Source: a bacterium
Lineage (GTDB): Bacteria > Bacteroidota > Ignavibacteria > UBA10030
Length of the DNA stretch: 64,000 nt
Direction: 5' to 3'
Assembly: GCA_043803945.1 (NCBI GenBank)
Contig: JAZDJN010000016.1
Location: 128,001-192,000, forward strand
Position 1 is the first letter of the stretch. Every line of letters begins with the position of its first letter. The notes beneath the pieces were generated by a model that saw nothing but the letters and a program-made list of their open reading frames with translations, was not told where the DNA came from and made no database searches. Below are positions 46,668 to 58,216 of this stretch, one piece after another. The translations under genes were made by a program, and so were the position numbers.

Positions 46668-49421
46668 ATGGTTGAAAAAGAAGTTGTGCGGAGTTCGGTT
46701 GCAATCGAGCAAACTGAGACATCCGCTGAACAACGAGGATTACGATTTCACCGGCATTTTACCAAACCGGGGATCCATCCTTTTGATGAGATAGAATGGG
46801 AGCTTCGCACTGCCATTATATCTAATGAAAAGGGTGAAAAAATCTTCGAGCAAAAGGATGTCGAAATCCCAAAATCGTGGTCGATGACAGCCACCAATGT
46901 TGTCGTATCAAAATACTTCCATGGCACTCTGAACACACTGAATCGAGAACGGAGTGTGAAACAACTCATCGAACGTGTCTCACGGACGATGTTTAAATGG
47001 GGACTCAATACCGGTTACTTTGCATCTCAGGAAGATGCAGAAATCTTTTATCAGGAACTTACATACCTCCTCGTCAACCAGTACATATCATTCAACAGCC
47101 CCGTCTGGTTCAATGTCGGCAATGAAGAACGCCCGCAATGTTCCGCATGCTTCATCAATTCTGTCAAAGATTCGATGGAATCAATTTTGAACCTGGCAAA
47201 AATCGAAGGAATGCTCTTTAAATGGGGATCGGGAACAGGATCAAATCTCTCCACCCTTCGCTCATCGAAAGAGAATCTTGCTGGCGGCGGTACAGCGTCA
47301 GGCCCTGTTTCCTTCATGAAGGGGTACGATGCATTTGCTGGCATTATTAAATCCGGAGGGAAAACCCGTCGCGCAGCGAAGATGGTTATCATAAACGCCG
47401 ATCATCCCGACATCGAGGCATTCATCAATTGCAAAGCCGATGAAGAGAAAAAAGCATGGGCACTCATCGACGCTGGCTTTAATGGTGGATTCAATGTCCC
47501 CGGTGGAGCGTACGATTCTATCGCCTATCAGAATGCGAACCACTCTGTCCGGATCACCGATGATTTTATGAAGGCTGTGCTTGAAGATAAAGAGTGGTGG
47601 ACCAAGACTGTGACAACAGGAACTCCTGCAGAAAAATACCGGGCCCGTGATCTCATGCGCCAAATTGCCGAAGCAGCCTGGGTCTGCGGTGATCCTGGAA
47701 TGCAATATCATACCACAATCAACAACTGGCACACCTGCCCGAATACGGCACCCATTAACGCATCGAATCCATGCAGCGAATACATGTTTCTTGATGACAG
47801 TGCCTGCAATCTGGCATCCTTAAATCTTATGAAATTCCGTCACCCGGATGGAGAGTTTGACATCGATGCATTCCGCAAGGCTGTCCAGATTACAATCACA
47901 GCGATGGAAATCGAAGTTGATAACGCCAGTTATCCTACCCCGGCAATCGAAAAGAATAGCCACGACTATCGCCCCTTGGGTCTTGGGTATGCAAATCTCG
48001 GAGCGTTGTTGATGGCACGGGGTCTTGCGTATGACAGCGATGAGGGACGTGCTTTCTCAGCGGCGATCACATCATTGATGAGCGGCGAAGCATATAAGCA
48101 ATCTACGCTGATTGCAAAAGAGAAGGGAACGTTCACCGGTTATGCCAATAATCGGGAGCCGATGCTTAATGTGATGCAGAAGCATGGAATTCACGCAGGA
48201 CGAATTAACCATGATCTCATCCAGATAGATCTCTGGGACGCATCGGTTAATGTCTGGAACGATGTAGTCAAACTGGGAAAACAATATGGCATTCGAAATT
48301 CCCAGACCACTGTACTCGCTCCCACCGGAACCATCGGATTCATGATGGATTGCGATACGACCGGTGTCGAACCCGACATTGCACTCGTCAAGTATAAGAA
48401 ACTCGTCGGCGGCGGTTTGATGAAAATCGTGAATCAAACAGTTCCAGAAGCTCTTGCAAAACTCGGGTACGATACCGAACAAGTCGAGCATATCATTGCC
48501 TATATCGACAAGCATGAAACAATTGAAGGAGCTCCACACCTGCAGGAGAGCCATCTCTCTGTTTTCGATTGTGCCTTCAAACCGGCAAATGGAAACCGGA
48601 CCATTCACTATATGGGCCACATTAAAATGATGGCTGCCGTTCAACCATTCCTCTCCGGTGCTATTTCCAAAACTGTGAATATGCCCCCCGAAGTCACAGT
48701 GGATGATATCATGCAGGCATACTCGGAAGCGTGGCGCCTCGGACTCAAAGCGATCGCGGTCTATCGGGATGGCTGCAAGCGTACTCAACCGTTAAGCACA
48801 AAGCTTGAAACCAGAGAGCAGGAACGGTCAAAACCTTATCCCATACGCAAGCGATTACCCGACGAACGACAATCGATCACACACAAATTTAGTATTGCCG
48901 GCCACGAAGGGTATATTACCGTTGGCATGTTTGAAGATGGACAACCCGGTGAAGTATTCATAACGATGTCGAAAGAAGGCTCTACAATTTCTGGATTGAT
49001 GGACTCTTTCGCCACGTCAATCTCCATCGCGTTGCAGTACGGTGTACCGTTGAAAGTTCTTACCGATAAATTCAGCCACGCACGCTATGAACCATCAGGC
49101 TTCACGAATAATCCGGAAATCCCCATTGCAAAATCCATTAGCGACTATATTTTCCGGTGGCTCGGATTGAAATTCCTGACAGGGGAAGATGCCCCTTCCT
49201 CCGTGGAACCCCCCGCAGATGGGATGCTGCTTTCCCGTTCGACTGCGAAGCAAAAAAACGAAACCCGCTTAAGGACTTCCTCTTCTGTTGAGCGGAACGA
49301 GAAAGTGGTTTTTCAAACACAATCTGATGCCCCACCCTGTCAAGAATGCGGAAGTATCATGATCCGCAGCGGTAGCTGTTATAAATGCCTGCAGTGTGGT
49401 TCAACGTCGGGCTGTTCATAG
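46668..49421 (+). CDS. nrdJ: Class II (adenosylcobalamin-dependent) ribonucleotide reductase
   Basis: FNSPVWFN, QCSACFI, SNPCSEY, CNLASLN, LAPTGTI, ISKTVN, YRDGCK, C-terminal TSCPD-like region and CxxC/CxxC-GCS. ATG follows AAGGAG. Confidence 0.95.
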   Translation: MVEKEVVRSSVAIEQTETSAEQRGLRFHRHFTKPGIHPFDEIEWELRTAIISNEKGEKIFEQKDVEIPKSWSMTATNVVVSKYFHGTLNTLNRERSVKQLIERVSRTMFKWGLNTGYFASQEDAEIFYQELTYLLVNQYISFNSPVWFNVGNEERPQCSACFINSVKDSMESILNLAKIEGMLFKWGSGTGSNLSTLRSSKENLAGGGTASGPVSFMKGYDAFAGIIKSGGKTRRAAKMVIINADHPDIEAFINCKADEEKKAWALIDAGFNGGFNVPGGAYDSIAYQNANHSVRITDDFMKAVLEDKEWWTKTVTTGTPAEKYRARDLMRQIAEAAWVCGDPGMQYHTTINNWHTCPNTAPINASNPCSEYMFLDDSACNLASLNLMKFRHPDGEFDIDAFRKAVQITITAMEIEVDNASYPTPAIEKNSHDYRPLGLGYANLGALLMARGLAYDSDEGRAFSAAITSLMSGEAYKQSTLIAKEKGTFTGYANNREPMLNVMQKHGIHAGRINHDLIQIDLWDASVNVWNDVVKLGKQYGIRNSQTTVLAPTGTIGFMMDCDTTGVEPDIALVKYKKLVGGGLMKIVNQTVPEALAKLGYDTEQVEHIIAYIDKHETIEGAPHLQESHLSVFDCAFKPANGNRTIHYMGHIKMMAAVQPFLSGAISKTVNMPPEVTVDDIMQAYSEAWRLGLKAIAVYRDGCKRTQPLSTKLETREQERSKPYPIRKRLPDERQSITHKFSIAGHEGYITVGMFEDGQPGEVFITMSKEGSTISGLMDSFATSISIALQYGVPLKVLTDKFSHARYEPSGFTNNPEIPIAKSISDYIFRWLGLKFLTGEDAPSSVEPPADGMLLSRSTAKQKNETRLRTSSSVERNEKVVFQTQSDAPPCQECGSIMIRSGSCYKCLQCGSTSGCS

Positions 49422-49446
49422 CAGCTTACGACCGATCTCTTTAAAC

Positions 49447-49483
49447 ACGGCACATCAGCACTTCTGGTGTGCCGTTTCATTTT
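49447..49483 (+). terminator. Intrinsic terminator after nrdJ
   Basis: ACGGCACATCAG/CTGGTGTGCCGT 12-bp stem followed by TTCATTTT. Confidence 0.75.
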
Positions 49484-49506
49484 CGCCAAAATAAGGAATC
49501 CTGCAG

Positions 49507-50730
49507 ATGCGGCGTACCCTCTTCCCCATCCCCATCTTCCTTTTTCTTCTCATAATTCCAGACCACTTTCTTCAGGCACAAAATACTCCACAAGAAAAAG
49601 CATTACGCGATAAAGCAGAGAAACTTGCCAGGCAGGTTCTCTTGATCGATACTCATATTGATGTTCCCTATCGATTGAAAGAAAAGTGGGAGGATATTTC
49701 CCAGAGAACGCAAGGGGGAAATTTCGACTACGAACGGGCAAAACTGGGTGGATTGAAAGTTCCATTTTTCTCAATCTATGTCTCAAGTGCAACGGAATTC
49801 GTTAATGCAAATCCATTGGCAGATTCGCTCATCGACTTGGTAGAAAACGTCGCCAAACTCTGGCCTGATAAATTTGCTCTGGCGCATTCGACAAGCGATG
49901 TTCTCAAATTGACGAAGCAGGGATTGATTGCTCTTTGCCTTGGGATGGAGAATGGAGCCCCAATCAATCATGACCTCTCAACGCTTACACATTTCTATAA
50001 GCGGGGTATCCGTTATATCACGCTCACCCATGGCAAAGATAATCACATCAGCGATTCATCGTACGATTCAACAAGAACCTGGCATGGTCTCAGCTTCTTT
50101 GGGAGGCATGTAGTTACAGAGATGAACCGGCTGGGAATCATGGTCGATATTTCCCATCTCTCCGATGATGCTTTCTATGAGGTGATGAGAATTACAAAAG
50201 CACCGGTTATTGCTTCACATTCCTCCTGCAGAGTCTTTACTCCCGGATTTGAACGAAACCTGAGTGATGAGATGATACGACTAATCGCGCAGAATGGCGG
50301 TGCCGTCATGGTTAATTTTGGTTCCTCCTTCCTCAATGGTGAATATCAGAAGAAGGAATCTGAAATCTGGAACTATCTTGACGCTCACAAACTGCAATCC
50401 GGAGATCCTGAAGCACAGCGCTTTATTCAAGAATTCACCAAGCGCAATCCGCTTCCTAAAGTAACAGTGGCCGATGCCGCAAACCATATCGATCATATCA
50501 TCTCACTCGTCGGAGATGACTATGTCGGATTTGGCTCAGACTTCGATGGTGTTGGCGATACCTTACCTGATGGTTTAAAAGATGTCAGCCAATACACCAA
50601 CCTCATGTATGAATTATTGAAAAAAGGATATTCCGACGCACGCATAAAAAAAATCTGCGGAGAAAATCTCATGCGCGTTTGGAAAGAGGTTGAACTGAGA
50701 AGCAGTACCCTGCAACACCAGAGTCCGTAA
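49507..50730 (+). CDS. Membrane dipeptidase (M19), exported
   Basis: IDTHID, GMENG, YITLTH, VDISH, ASHSS, GSDFDG. Confidence 0.93.
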   Translation: MRRTLFPIPIFLFLLIIPDHFLQAQNTPQEKALRDKAEKLARQVLLIDTHIDVPYRLKEKWEDISQRTQGGNFDYERAKLGGLKVPFFSIYVSSATEFVNANPLADSLIDLVENVAKLWPDKFALAHSTSDVLKLTKQGLIALCLGMENGAPINHDLSTLTHFYKRGIRYITLTHGKDNHISDSSYDSTRTWHGLSFFGRHVVTEMNRLGIMVDISHLSDDAFYEVMRITKAPVIASHSSCRVFTPGFERNLSDEMIRLIAQNGGAVMVNFGSSFLNGEYQKKESEIWNYLDAHKLQSGDPEAQRFIQEFTKRNPLPKVTVADAANHIDHIISLVGDDYVGFGSDFDGVGDTLPDGLKDVSQYTNLMYELLKKGYSDARIKKICGENLMRVWKEVELRSSTLQHQSP

Positions 50731-50774
50731 TAATCACGAGGCTATTCCTCACATCTATCAAGGAGAGGACCAAG

Positions 50775-51905
50775 ATGAAATTTTGCACTCTTCTTATTCT
50801 CTTTACGTTCCAACTTCTTTGCGGACAGGAGGAACAGCGCGTCCGCCTCAGAGAGCTTGGCTGCACCGTCGGCATATTCAAGCCAGGCCCATCGAATGCA
50901 ATCACTGATGTTGACGATGTTCGCGTAGGGCATGTCACATTGCAGAAGGGCGATCAAGTACACACCGGAGTAACGGTAATCCTCCCGCATGCAGAAAATC
51001 TCTACCAGGAAAAAGTGCCAGCAGCCATCGTTGTGGGCAACGGTTTCGGAAAATTGATCGGAGTAACTCAGGTACAAGAACTCGGTCAAATCGAAACTCC
51101 GATTGTGCTCACCAATACCCTGAGTGTGTGGGAGGCAGCAAATGGCATTGTTGACTACATGCTTTCACTGCCGGGGAATGAGAAGGTTCGATCGATCAAT
51201 CCGATCGTCGGCGAAACAAACGATGGAGGACTCAACGACATTCGCAGCCGCTATGTAACCCGTGAGCATGTTCTCCAGGCAATCCGTTCCGCACAGCGTG
51301 GGATTGTCGAGGAAGGGAGTGTCGGTGCAGGAACCGGGACAATTTGCTTTGGGTGGAAGGGAGGTATTGGCACGAGCTCGCGCCTCCTCCCCACCACACT
51401 TGGAAACTACACTGTAGGAGTGCTCGTTCAGACAAACTTCGGCGGTGTGCTCGATCTCTGTGGTGTCCCCATCGGAAAAGCATTAGGCCAATACAGCTTC
51501 AAGGAACATCTTAACGCTCCGGGTGACGGATCCTGCATGATCGTTGTCGCTACAGATGCGCCATTGAACACACACCAATTGAATCGAGTCGCGACGCGAG
51601 CAACACTTGCTCTCGGGCGCACAGGTTCATCGATGAGTAATGGAAGCGGCGACTATGTCATCGCATTTGCAACTCACAAGTTAGTACGAATTCGAGCGGC
51701 CAATAGATCCACTCAACAGGTACCCCGGATGAGTGAGGACGATCTCTCGCCACTATTCCAGGCAACTGTAGAGGCGACCGAGGAAGCGATATACAACTCG
51801 CTCTTGAAGGCTACAACTGTGCATGGAATCAATGGAAGGCGTGTTGATGCACTCCCGCTGAAAGAGGTGAAAGTACTTCTCAAACGCTATGGAAGGATTC
51901 AATAA
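50775..51905 (+). CDS. DmpA-like aminopeptidase (S58/P1)
   Basis: NAITDV, GETNDGGLND, GAGTG..C.GWKGGIGTSSR, autoprocessing DG/SCMIVVATDAP, GSGDY. Confidence 0.92.
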   Translation: MKFCTLLILFTFQLLCGQEEQRVRLRELGCTVGIFKPGPSNAITDVDDVRVGHVTLQKGDQVHTGVTVILPHAENLYQEKVPAAIVVGNGFGKLIGVTQVQELGQIETPIVLTNTLSVWEAANGIVDYMLSLPGNEKVRSINPIVGETNDGGLNDIRSRYVTREHVLQAIRSAQRGIVEEGSVGAGTGTICFGWKGGIGTSSRLLPTTLGNYTVGVLVQTNFGGVLDLCGVPIGKALGQYSFKEHLNAPGDGSCMIVVATDAPLNTHQLNRVATRATLALGRTGSSMSNGSGDYVIAFATHKLVRIRAANRSTQQVPRMSEDDLSPLFQATVEATEEAIYNSLLKATTVHGINGRRVDALPLKEVKVLLKRYGRIQ

Positions 51906-51941
51906 GTAAGTGGCATTGGAATTGAAGCTTGCACATTTCAA

Positions 51942-53084
51942 TCACACTGTGATTGTATTTTCCCGTTTCATGGCATCCACAAATTGGCGGAAGAGATAAT
52001 CGCTATCGTGCGGTCCGGGCGATGCTTCGGGGTGATATTGAACGCTGAAGATCGGCAACTCCTTATGACGTAATCCTTCATTCGTTCCATCATTTAAATT
52101 CTGATGGGTAATCTGGATGTAGTTCTCATCGAGGGATGCAGGATCGACGGCGAAACCATGATTCTGAGATGTAATTTCTATTTCGTTCGAAAGAAGATTC
52201 TTTACCGGGTGATTCGCTCCCCTGTGCCCAAACTTGAGTTTAAATGTTTTCCCCCCTAATGCGAGCGCCAGAAGTTGATGGCCCAGGCAGATTCCGAAAA
52301 TTGGTTTTTCCCCGATCAATTGTTGAATAGAAGAAATTGCATAGGTAACTGCAGAAGGGTCCCCTGGGCCATTGGAAAGAAAAATTCCATCAGGTTCTAA
52401 TTTCAGTACCTCTTCTGCAGAATAAGAAGCGGGCACGATGGTCAAGTCGCAGCCATACATTCGAAGGCGTCTGAGAATATTGTATTTCACGCCAAAATCG
52501 AACACTACCACTTTCCACCGGCTATCGTCACAAGCATTTCCGGGGCGTGGTTCCAGAGCAAATGGGGTGCGATCAATTTCCTCCCAATGATATGTCACCG
52601 ATGTTGTGACATTCTTGGTGAGATCCAATCCAGCCATATGTGGTGCATTTCTTGCCTTCTCAATGAGACTTGTGTCATCAAGGTCATCAGTGGAAATAAT
52701 CCCACGCATCGCTCCGGTGGTTCTGATCATCTTTGTCAACATCCGGGTGTCGATTCCCTGAAGTGCTATAATATTATGCCGTATTAGCCAGGATCCAAGA
52801 CTTTCATTTGCCCGGAAATTGCTGTAATAATCGAAATACTCCTTCACAATAAATCCGGCAACCTGTACCTTTGTTGATTCGAGATCTTGAATATTCACAC
52901 CATAATTGCCAATCAATGGATATGTCATTGTAACAATCTGTCCGGCATAAGAGGGATCCGTTAAAATTTCCTGATAGCCCGTCATACTAGTGTTAAAGAC
53001 CACCTCTCCTGTTATCTCTCCCCGGGCTCCAAAATTCTCTCCGGTAAAGACAACGCCATTCTCTAGGGCGAGTTTTGCTTTCAA
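51942..53084 (-). CDS. carA: Carbamoyl-phosphate synthase small subunit
   Basis: [33 protein letters not shown]. Confidence 0.97.
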   Translation of the reverse strand: MKAKLALENGVVFTGENFGARGEITGEVVFNTSMTGYQEILTDPSYAGQIVTMTYPLIGNYGVNIQDLESTKVQVAGFIVKEYFDYYSNFRANESLGSWLIRHNIIALQGIDTRMLTKMIRTTGAMRGIISTDDLDDTSLIEKARNAPHMAGLDLTKNVTTSVTYHWEEIDRTPFALEPRPGNACDDSRWKVVVFDFGVKYNILRRLRMYGCDLTIVPASYSAEEVLKLEPDGIFLSNGPGDPSAVTYAISSIQQLIGEKPIFGICLGHQLLALALGGKTFKLKFGHRGANHPVKNLLSNEIEITSQNHGFAVDPASLDENYIQITHQNLNDGTNEGLRHKELPIFSVQYHPEASPGPHDSDYLFRQFVDAMKRENTITV

Positions 53085-53308
53085 AATCCTGATATCCTTT
53101 CGTGGATTGAATGTATTTTAATTAAAGATACCAAGTTTTGCATGCCGAATCAATAAAAGGAGAAATCGCTGGTGATAATTTCAATTTATGTTTGTTTAAT
53201 TAAGAAGGACTTTTGTTGCTCAACCAGTTCATTGGAGGTCTATGCGGTTATGGTTGCGGGTAGTGGTGGACGAGAACATAAGCACCCCATTACATTACTT
53301 CTGTTACC

Positions 53309-53337
53309 TTGACTTGTGAGCTAAAAATTGATATTAT
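53309..53337 (+). promoter_or_regulatory. Sigma70-type promoter for hrcA
   Basis: TTGACT-17 nt-TATTAT, 25 nt before the ATG. Confidence 0.6.
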
Positions 53338-53362
53338 TTATATAATTTTATGAGGTTTTTCA

Positions 53363-54409
53363 ATGATTTCTAATCCAAATGGGCTGGACTTAAACGATCG
53401 CGAGAAGGATATACTCCGACACGTCGTTTATAATTATATCCAGACAGCTACACCGATTGGCTCGCGGTATATTTCGAAGCGCTCTGCTTCCACATTAAGT
53501 CCGGCGACAATTCGGAATTCCATGGCCGATTTGGAGGAACGCGGTTTTCTCTTCCACCCCCATACCTCGGCAGGAAGAGTACCCACCGATCTGGGATATC
53601 GGTTCTATATCGAGTTTTTAATGGAGGTCCAGCAATTATCAGATCGGCAGAAACTCGAGATCGCCCAGCAGCTCGATCTTGTGACAGAACAGGAGACCCT
53701 CCTTCGCGAAACCTCAAAAATTCTTGGGAAGATCTCGAAACAATTAAGCATCGTCGCTTCACCCCACATCTCCAGTGGAATCTTTGAGCGCCTGGAGCTC
53801 ATTCCGATCTCCAGCGTCAAGTTACTCGTGGTTATGTCCATTCGCTCCGGATTGGTGAAGACGATCATGCTCGAAGTCAGGATAGAACTACCTCGGCAGC
53901 GCCTTGAAAATATTGCACGAATTCTCAACGAGCGGCTGAACGGCCTCTCCCTAGAGCAAATCCGCAACTCGTTCCCCGAACGAATCAAAGACCTTCAGGA
54001 TCAGGAATCAGGGCTTATTCGACTTTTTATTGATTCCGTCGATATCTTATTTAGCGATGCGATTAATCGAGACAAGGTACATATTTCGGGCGCTCAGAAT
54101 ATTATCGATCAACCCGAATTTATCGATCCAAAGAAATTTCGAAGCGTGATTGAACTGATTGAAAATAACGAACTCATCGTTCACCTCCTCGAGAAACATG
54201 AAGAGATCGATTCTAAATACACTGTGACCATTGGGACAGAAAATGAGGAGACCAAAGCCACAGAATATAGTTTTGTTTCGGGTACATATGATGTTCAGGG
54301 ATTGAAAGGGAGAATCGGCGTCATGGGTCCAAAGCGGATGGATTACGCCAAAGTGATTCCATTGGTGGATTATGTTGCAAAGACGATCGCAAGGATTTTG
54401 AGTGAATAA
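53363..54409 (+). CDS. hrcA: Heat-inducible transcription repressor
   Basis: PIGSR, SPATIRN.MADLEE.G, PHTSAGRVPT..GYR, GPKRMDY. Confidence 0.95.
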   Translation: MISNPNGLDLNDREKDILRHVVYNYIQTATPIGSRYISKRSASTLSPATIRNSMADLEERGFLFHPHTSAGRVPTDLGYRFYIEFLMEVQQLSDRQKLEIAQQLDLVTEQETLLRETSKILGKISKQLSIVASPHISSGIFERLELIPISSVKLLVVMSIRSGLVKTIMLEVRIELPRQRLENIARILNERLNGLSLEQIRNSFPERIKDLQDQESGLIRLFIDSVDILFSDAINRDKVHISGAQNIIDQPEFIDPKKFRSVIELIENNELIVHLLEKHEEIDSKYTVTIGTENEETKATEYSFVSGTYDVQGLKGRIGVMGPKRMDYAKVIPLVDYVAKTIARILSE

Positions 54410-54443
54410 ATTTCAGGGATTTGTTGAACAATTGAGAAGGATC

Positions 54444-55073
54444 ATGCCAGAACAAGAGAAAGAACAGAACGAGGTTTTACCAGATTCAAACAATCAGACA
54501 ACTCAGGAAGGTGCAGCAGAACAAACGCAGCCATCTGAATTAGAAAAAAAACTTTCCGAAGCTGAAAAACAAATTGAATCCTATAAGGATCTCCTTCTTC
54601 GCAAAGCTGCAGAATTTGAGAATTTCAAGAGGAGAACAGAAAACGAGACAGCGTCCATCATTAGATTTGCAAAAGTTGATTTGATCAGCGACATACTTCC
54701 CATTGCTGATGATTTTGAACGATCAATGAAGTTAGGAAACAACCAGAAAGAATCAGAAGCGTTCAAAAAAGGGATTGAGCTTATCTATCAGAAGCTCTTA
54801 AAGCTGCTCGAGTCACAGGACGTGAAACCTATGGATTGCCTCGGCAAAGAGTTTAATGTCGATTTTCATGATGCATTAATGCAGATTCCACGGGAGGATG
54901 TGGCTCCTCATACCATCGTTGAGGAAGTTGAAAAGGGGTATTTTCTCCATGATAAGGTCATCCGGCATGCAAAGGTTGTCGTCTCGACAAGTCCCCCTGA
55001 GGACGCTCCCGGACAACAACCCGACACTAATGCTGTTGCCGACCAGGTGAACAGTCAGAATAATGGAGCATAG
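54444..55073 (+). CDS. grpE: Nucleotide exchange factor
   Basis: LRKAAEFENFKRR, LPIADDFER, FHDA, KGY.LHDKVIRHAKVVV. Confidence 0.95.
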   Translation: MPEQEKEQNEVLPDSNNQTTQEGAAEQTQPSELEKKLSEAEKQIESYKDLLLRKAAEFENFKRRTENETASIIRFAKVDLISDILPIADDFERSMKLGNNQKESEAFKKGIELIYQKLLKLLESQDVKPMDCLGKEFNVDFHDALMQIPREDVAPHTIVEEVEKGYFLHDKVIRHAKVVVSTSPPEDAPGQQPDTNAVADQVNSQNNGA

Positions 55074-55082
55074 TATCCTCTT

Positions 55083-56255
55083 ATGACAAAACGTGACTTT
55101 TATGAAGTATTGGGAGTTGGAAAAAATGCAAGCCCCGAGGAGATTAAGAAGGCCTACCGCCAACTCGCGTTGAAGCACCATCCCGATCGGAATCCAAGCA
55201 ACACAGAAGCAGAAGATAAATTTAAGGAAGCTGCGGAAGCGTACGAAGTACTCAGCGATCCCGAGAAAAAACAACGATACGATCAATTTGGTCATGCAGG
55301 AATGCGTGGTACAAATTATCGGGATTTCACCGACATCAATGATATTTTCTCAACCTTCGGAGACATATTTGGCGGAGGATTCGGCGGATCCGTGTTTGAA
55401 GAGATGTTTACTGGCGGATCACGTTCACGGCGTCGACGGTCATCACATCAGGGAATTCCGGGTTCTGATCTTAAGATCAAACTATCGCTGACAATGGAAG
55501 AAATCTCCACCGGCGTTGAGAAGAAGGTTAAAGTTAAGAAACAGAAGAAATGTGATGTCTGTAACGGCTCCGGAGCACGCGCAAGTTCCGGGACAACCTC
55601 TTGCCCGCAATGTAATGGCACTGGCGAATTGCGCCAGGTTTCTCGCTCAATGTTCGGGCAATTCGTTAACATCAGTTCATGTCCAACCTGTAATGGCGAA
55701 GGTCAAATCGTCAAGGATCCATGCACGAATTGCCATGGTGAGGGTCGGGTGCAGGGAGAATCCACAATCAAGGTGAATGTTCCCGCCGGTGTCTCCGGGG
55801 GAAATTATATTCCACTCTCCGGTCAGGGCAACGCCGGACAGCGAGGAGGACAACCCGGCGACCTTCTCGTGTTCATGGAGGAGGAGCAACATCGGTTTTT
55901 CACACGCAATGGAGACGATGTGGTTTATGATCTCAATATCAGTTTCCCCATGGCGACACTTGGCGGCGAAGTTGAAATTCCGACATTGACAGGGAAAGCC
56001 AAATTAGTGATCGAAGCGGGTACTCCGGCTGGAAGAATGTTGCGCATGCGCGATCGGGGAATTCCGCATCTCAATAGCTACGGCCGCGGGGATCAAATCG
56101 TACGGATCACTATCTGGGTTCCTGAACACCTGACGAGCAAGGAAAAGCAATTGATAAAACAGCTGGCGGAATGTGAACACATTACGCCCAATGAAGAAGA
56201 GCGCAACGCACGATCGAAAAGTTTCTTCGACAAAATGAAAGATGCTTTTTCCTAG
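55083..56255 (+). CDS. dnaJ: Chaperone DnaJ
   Basis: J domain HPD, G/F region, four CxxCxGxG repeats. Confidence 0.97.
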   Translation: MTKRDFYEVLGVGKNASPEEIKKAYRQLALKHHPDRNPSNTEAEDKFKEAAEAYEVLSDPEKKQRYDQFGHAGMRGTNYRDFTDINDIFSTFGDIFGGGFGGSVFEEMFTGGSRSRRRRSSHQGIPGSDLKIKLSLTMEEISTGVEKKVKVKKQKKCDVCNGSGARASSGTTSCPQCNGTGELRQVSRSMFGQFVNISSCPTCNGEGQIVKDPCTNCHGEGRVQGESTIKVNVPAGVSGGNYIPLSGQGNAGQRGGQPGDLLVFMEEEQHRFFTRNGDDVVYDLNISFPMATLGGEVEIPTLTGKAKLVIEAGTPAGRMLRMRDRGIPHLNSYGRGDQIVRITIWVPEHLTSKEKQLIKQLAECEHITPNEEERNARSKSFFDKMKDAFS

Positions 56256-56261
56256 GAGCCT

Positions 56262-56684
56262 ATGTTTCAGCGAGCAAAAGATCTTCTCGCCTTAACGGCA
56301 ACGGAACAGAAGGTCATCCTGTTTCTCTCTGCAACATTTATCATTGGTGCGGGAATCAAATTCTATACTGGTGCTACTTCCGAGAATATTGGATTCGATT
56401 ACCGTGCATCAGACAGTACGTTCACCGCATTGAGCGCCGCATTCAATCGTGACACAGCATCCATTCGTTTGTCTTTGAAGGAAGCAGCTTCACCATTGAA
56501 TATTAATACCGCTTCCCTCGAAGAACTGATCCAACTGCCAGGAATCGGCAGCGTAACGGCAAAGCGAATCCTCGTTTTCCGGCAGGAACATGGCAAGCTG
56601 ACATCTCTCGATGAATTAACGGCAATAAAGGGGATCAGCCAGAAGAAACTTGATAAGCTTAGACCTCTGCTTCGTATCCGTTAA
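56262..56684 (+). CDS. ComEA-like helix-hairpin-helix membrane protein
   Basis: N-terminal TM; LNINTAS.EEL..LPGIG...AKRI...IKGI. Confidence 0.85.
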   Translation: MFQRAKDLLALTATEQKVILFLSATFIIGAGIKFYTGATSENIGFDYRASDSTFTALSAAFNRDTASIRLSLKEAASPLNINTASLEELIQLPGIGSVTAKRILVFRQEHGKLTSLDELTAIKGISQKKLDKLRPLLRIR

Positions 56685-56722
56685 ATTGGCGGAGGATCCT
56701 TCACCACAATGAATCGAAATTT

Positions 56723-57646
56723 ATGAAAACGAACATTCATATTGGGCTCTCATTCCTCCAGGGGAATATGCAGCTTGCCGAAATTGAGCATGGAAAAAAA
56801 GAGACAACGCTGGTCGCTTTGAACGAACAACCTACCTCGATGGATTTTGGGCATGCAAGTGTGACGTTAAGCCCTGATCATCCTCAATTGGAGACATTCT
56901 GCGATGAATTGAAGGATTTCTTGAAACAAGCAAAAGTTCATTCAAAACTCATTTCGTTCGCACTGCCAACAGATCCGATGCTTATTTCTGTCCTTCCAGT
57001 TGATGCGGCCCTGTCACCGGCTGATATCAAGCCTCATCTGCAATGGGAGCTTGAACAACACTTTCCCAACTCGCCGGCCAAAGACTATGTCATTGATCAT
57101 CACCCGCTCCCTGGAGCCGATCCCGCAACAAAATCCATGTTTGTCGTTGCTGTCCACCGCGGGATTGTCGGGTTTTTAAAAAATGCCGTCACAAAATTGA
57201 AATTGCAGCTCCATGCGATCGATATCGATCAATTCAGCACTGAACGATCAATTCGATTCAATTATCCTGAACTGGTGAAGGCAAAACCACTGTTGATTGG
57301 TGCGAAATATGGAAGAACAGATATTAGTCTCCTGGTGAACGGAGAAGCAGTGGAGTATCGCAGCTTCCCCCGGAAAGCTGATCAAGATTTCAAGAACTCG
57401 ATTCAAGCATTCATTCAATATGTGCGCGATAAAGGGATTCTGGAGACACCGACAAAATTGGTCGTGTATGGATCGGAGTTCTCTAAGGATCTTCTCGGTC
57501 AAGTTCAGCGTGAGACCGGCGTTGGGGTCGAGATCAGTTCCTCTATTCGCAAACTCTCGTTGAATAAAAAACTGCCTGAAGAAAATCTGAAGGAGAGCTA
57601 CCGTTTTGCCCCTGCAATTGGATTGGCATTACGGACACCTGCATGA
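56723..57646 (+). CDS. PilM-like (actin-fold) protein
   Basis: Pattern 'WELEQHFP...DYVIDH', 'LKLQLHAIDID' and C-terminal 'FAPAIGLALR' resembles PilM. Confidence 0.6.
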   Translation: MKTNIHIGLSFLQGNMQLAEIEHGKKETTLVALNEQPTSMDFGHASVTLSPDHPQLETFCDELKDFLKQAKVHSKLISFALPTDPMLISVLPVDAALSPADIKPHLQWELEQHFPNSPAKDYVIDHHPLPGADPATKSMFVVAVHRGIVGFLKNAVTKLKLQLHAIDIDQFSTERSIRFNYPELVKAKPLLIGAKYGRTDISLLVNGEAVEYRSFPRKADQDFKNSIQAFIQYVRDKGILETPTKLVVYGSEFSKDLLGQVQRETGVGVEISSSIRKLSLNKKLPEENLKESYRFAPAIGLALRTPA

Positions 57647-58203
57647 GAATCATCAGTGGTGAATTTCGTGGACGCATCCTTTCGAGTGCTCGTGACCACT
57701 CCATTCGCCCGACGACTGATCGTGCCAAACAAACGATTTTTGATATTCTCTCAAATCGTATTGACCTGGAAGATCTCATGGTCCTTGATCTTTTCGCCGG
57801 GAGTGGAAGCCTGGGATTGGAAGCACTCAGTCGCGGCGCACGTCACGTGGTGTTTATCGAGAAGAGTAAATCTTCCATCTCCATCTTGGAACAAAATATT
57901 CAATCGGTACACTGCGAACAGAGATCAACTGTGCACAGTGCAGATGTCTTCTGGTATCTCAAGCATACTTCCCAATCCTTCGATCTTATCTTCGCAGATC
58001 CACCGTATAAGCTCTTCACAATTGGTGAGATTCCCGACGCGATTTATCATTCCTCTGCATCGCGCGAAGGAAGCTACGTGGTCATGGAACACAGTAAGGA
58101 CTCATCCATGAATCTTTCGGAAGCAATGTATGAGATTACGAAAAAGCCCTTCGGGCAGACCACTGTCTTGATCCTCCATACAAAATCGAAAACTGCGCTG
58201 TGA
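57643..58203 (+). CDS. rsmD: 16S rRNA m2G966 methyltransferase
   Basis: [42 protein letters not shown]. Confidence 0.93.
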   Translation: MRIISGEFRGRILSSARDHSIRPTTDRAKQTIFDILSNRIDLEDLMVLDLFAGSGSLGLEALSRGARHVVFIEKSKSSISILEQNIQSVHCEQRSTVHSADVFWYLKHTSQSFDLIFADPPYKLFTIGEIPDAIYHSSASREGSYVVMEHSKDSSMNLSEAMYEITKKPFGQTTVLILHTKSKTAL

Positions 58204-58216
58204 TTCAGGAGCAAGT

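Noticed and set aside
53242-53319. 25-codon ORF after GGAGG upstream of hrcA
   Set aside because: RBS spacing is only 3 nt, it overlaps the hrcA -35 box, and there is no other support.
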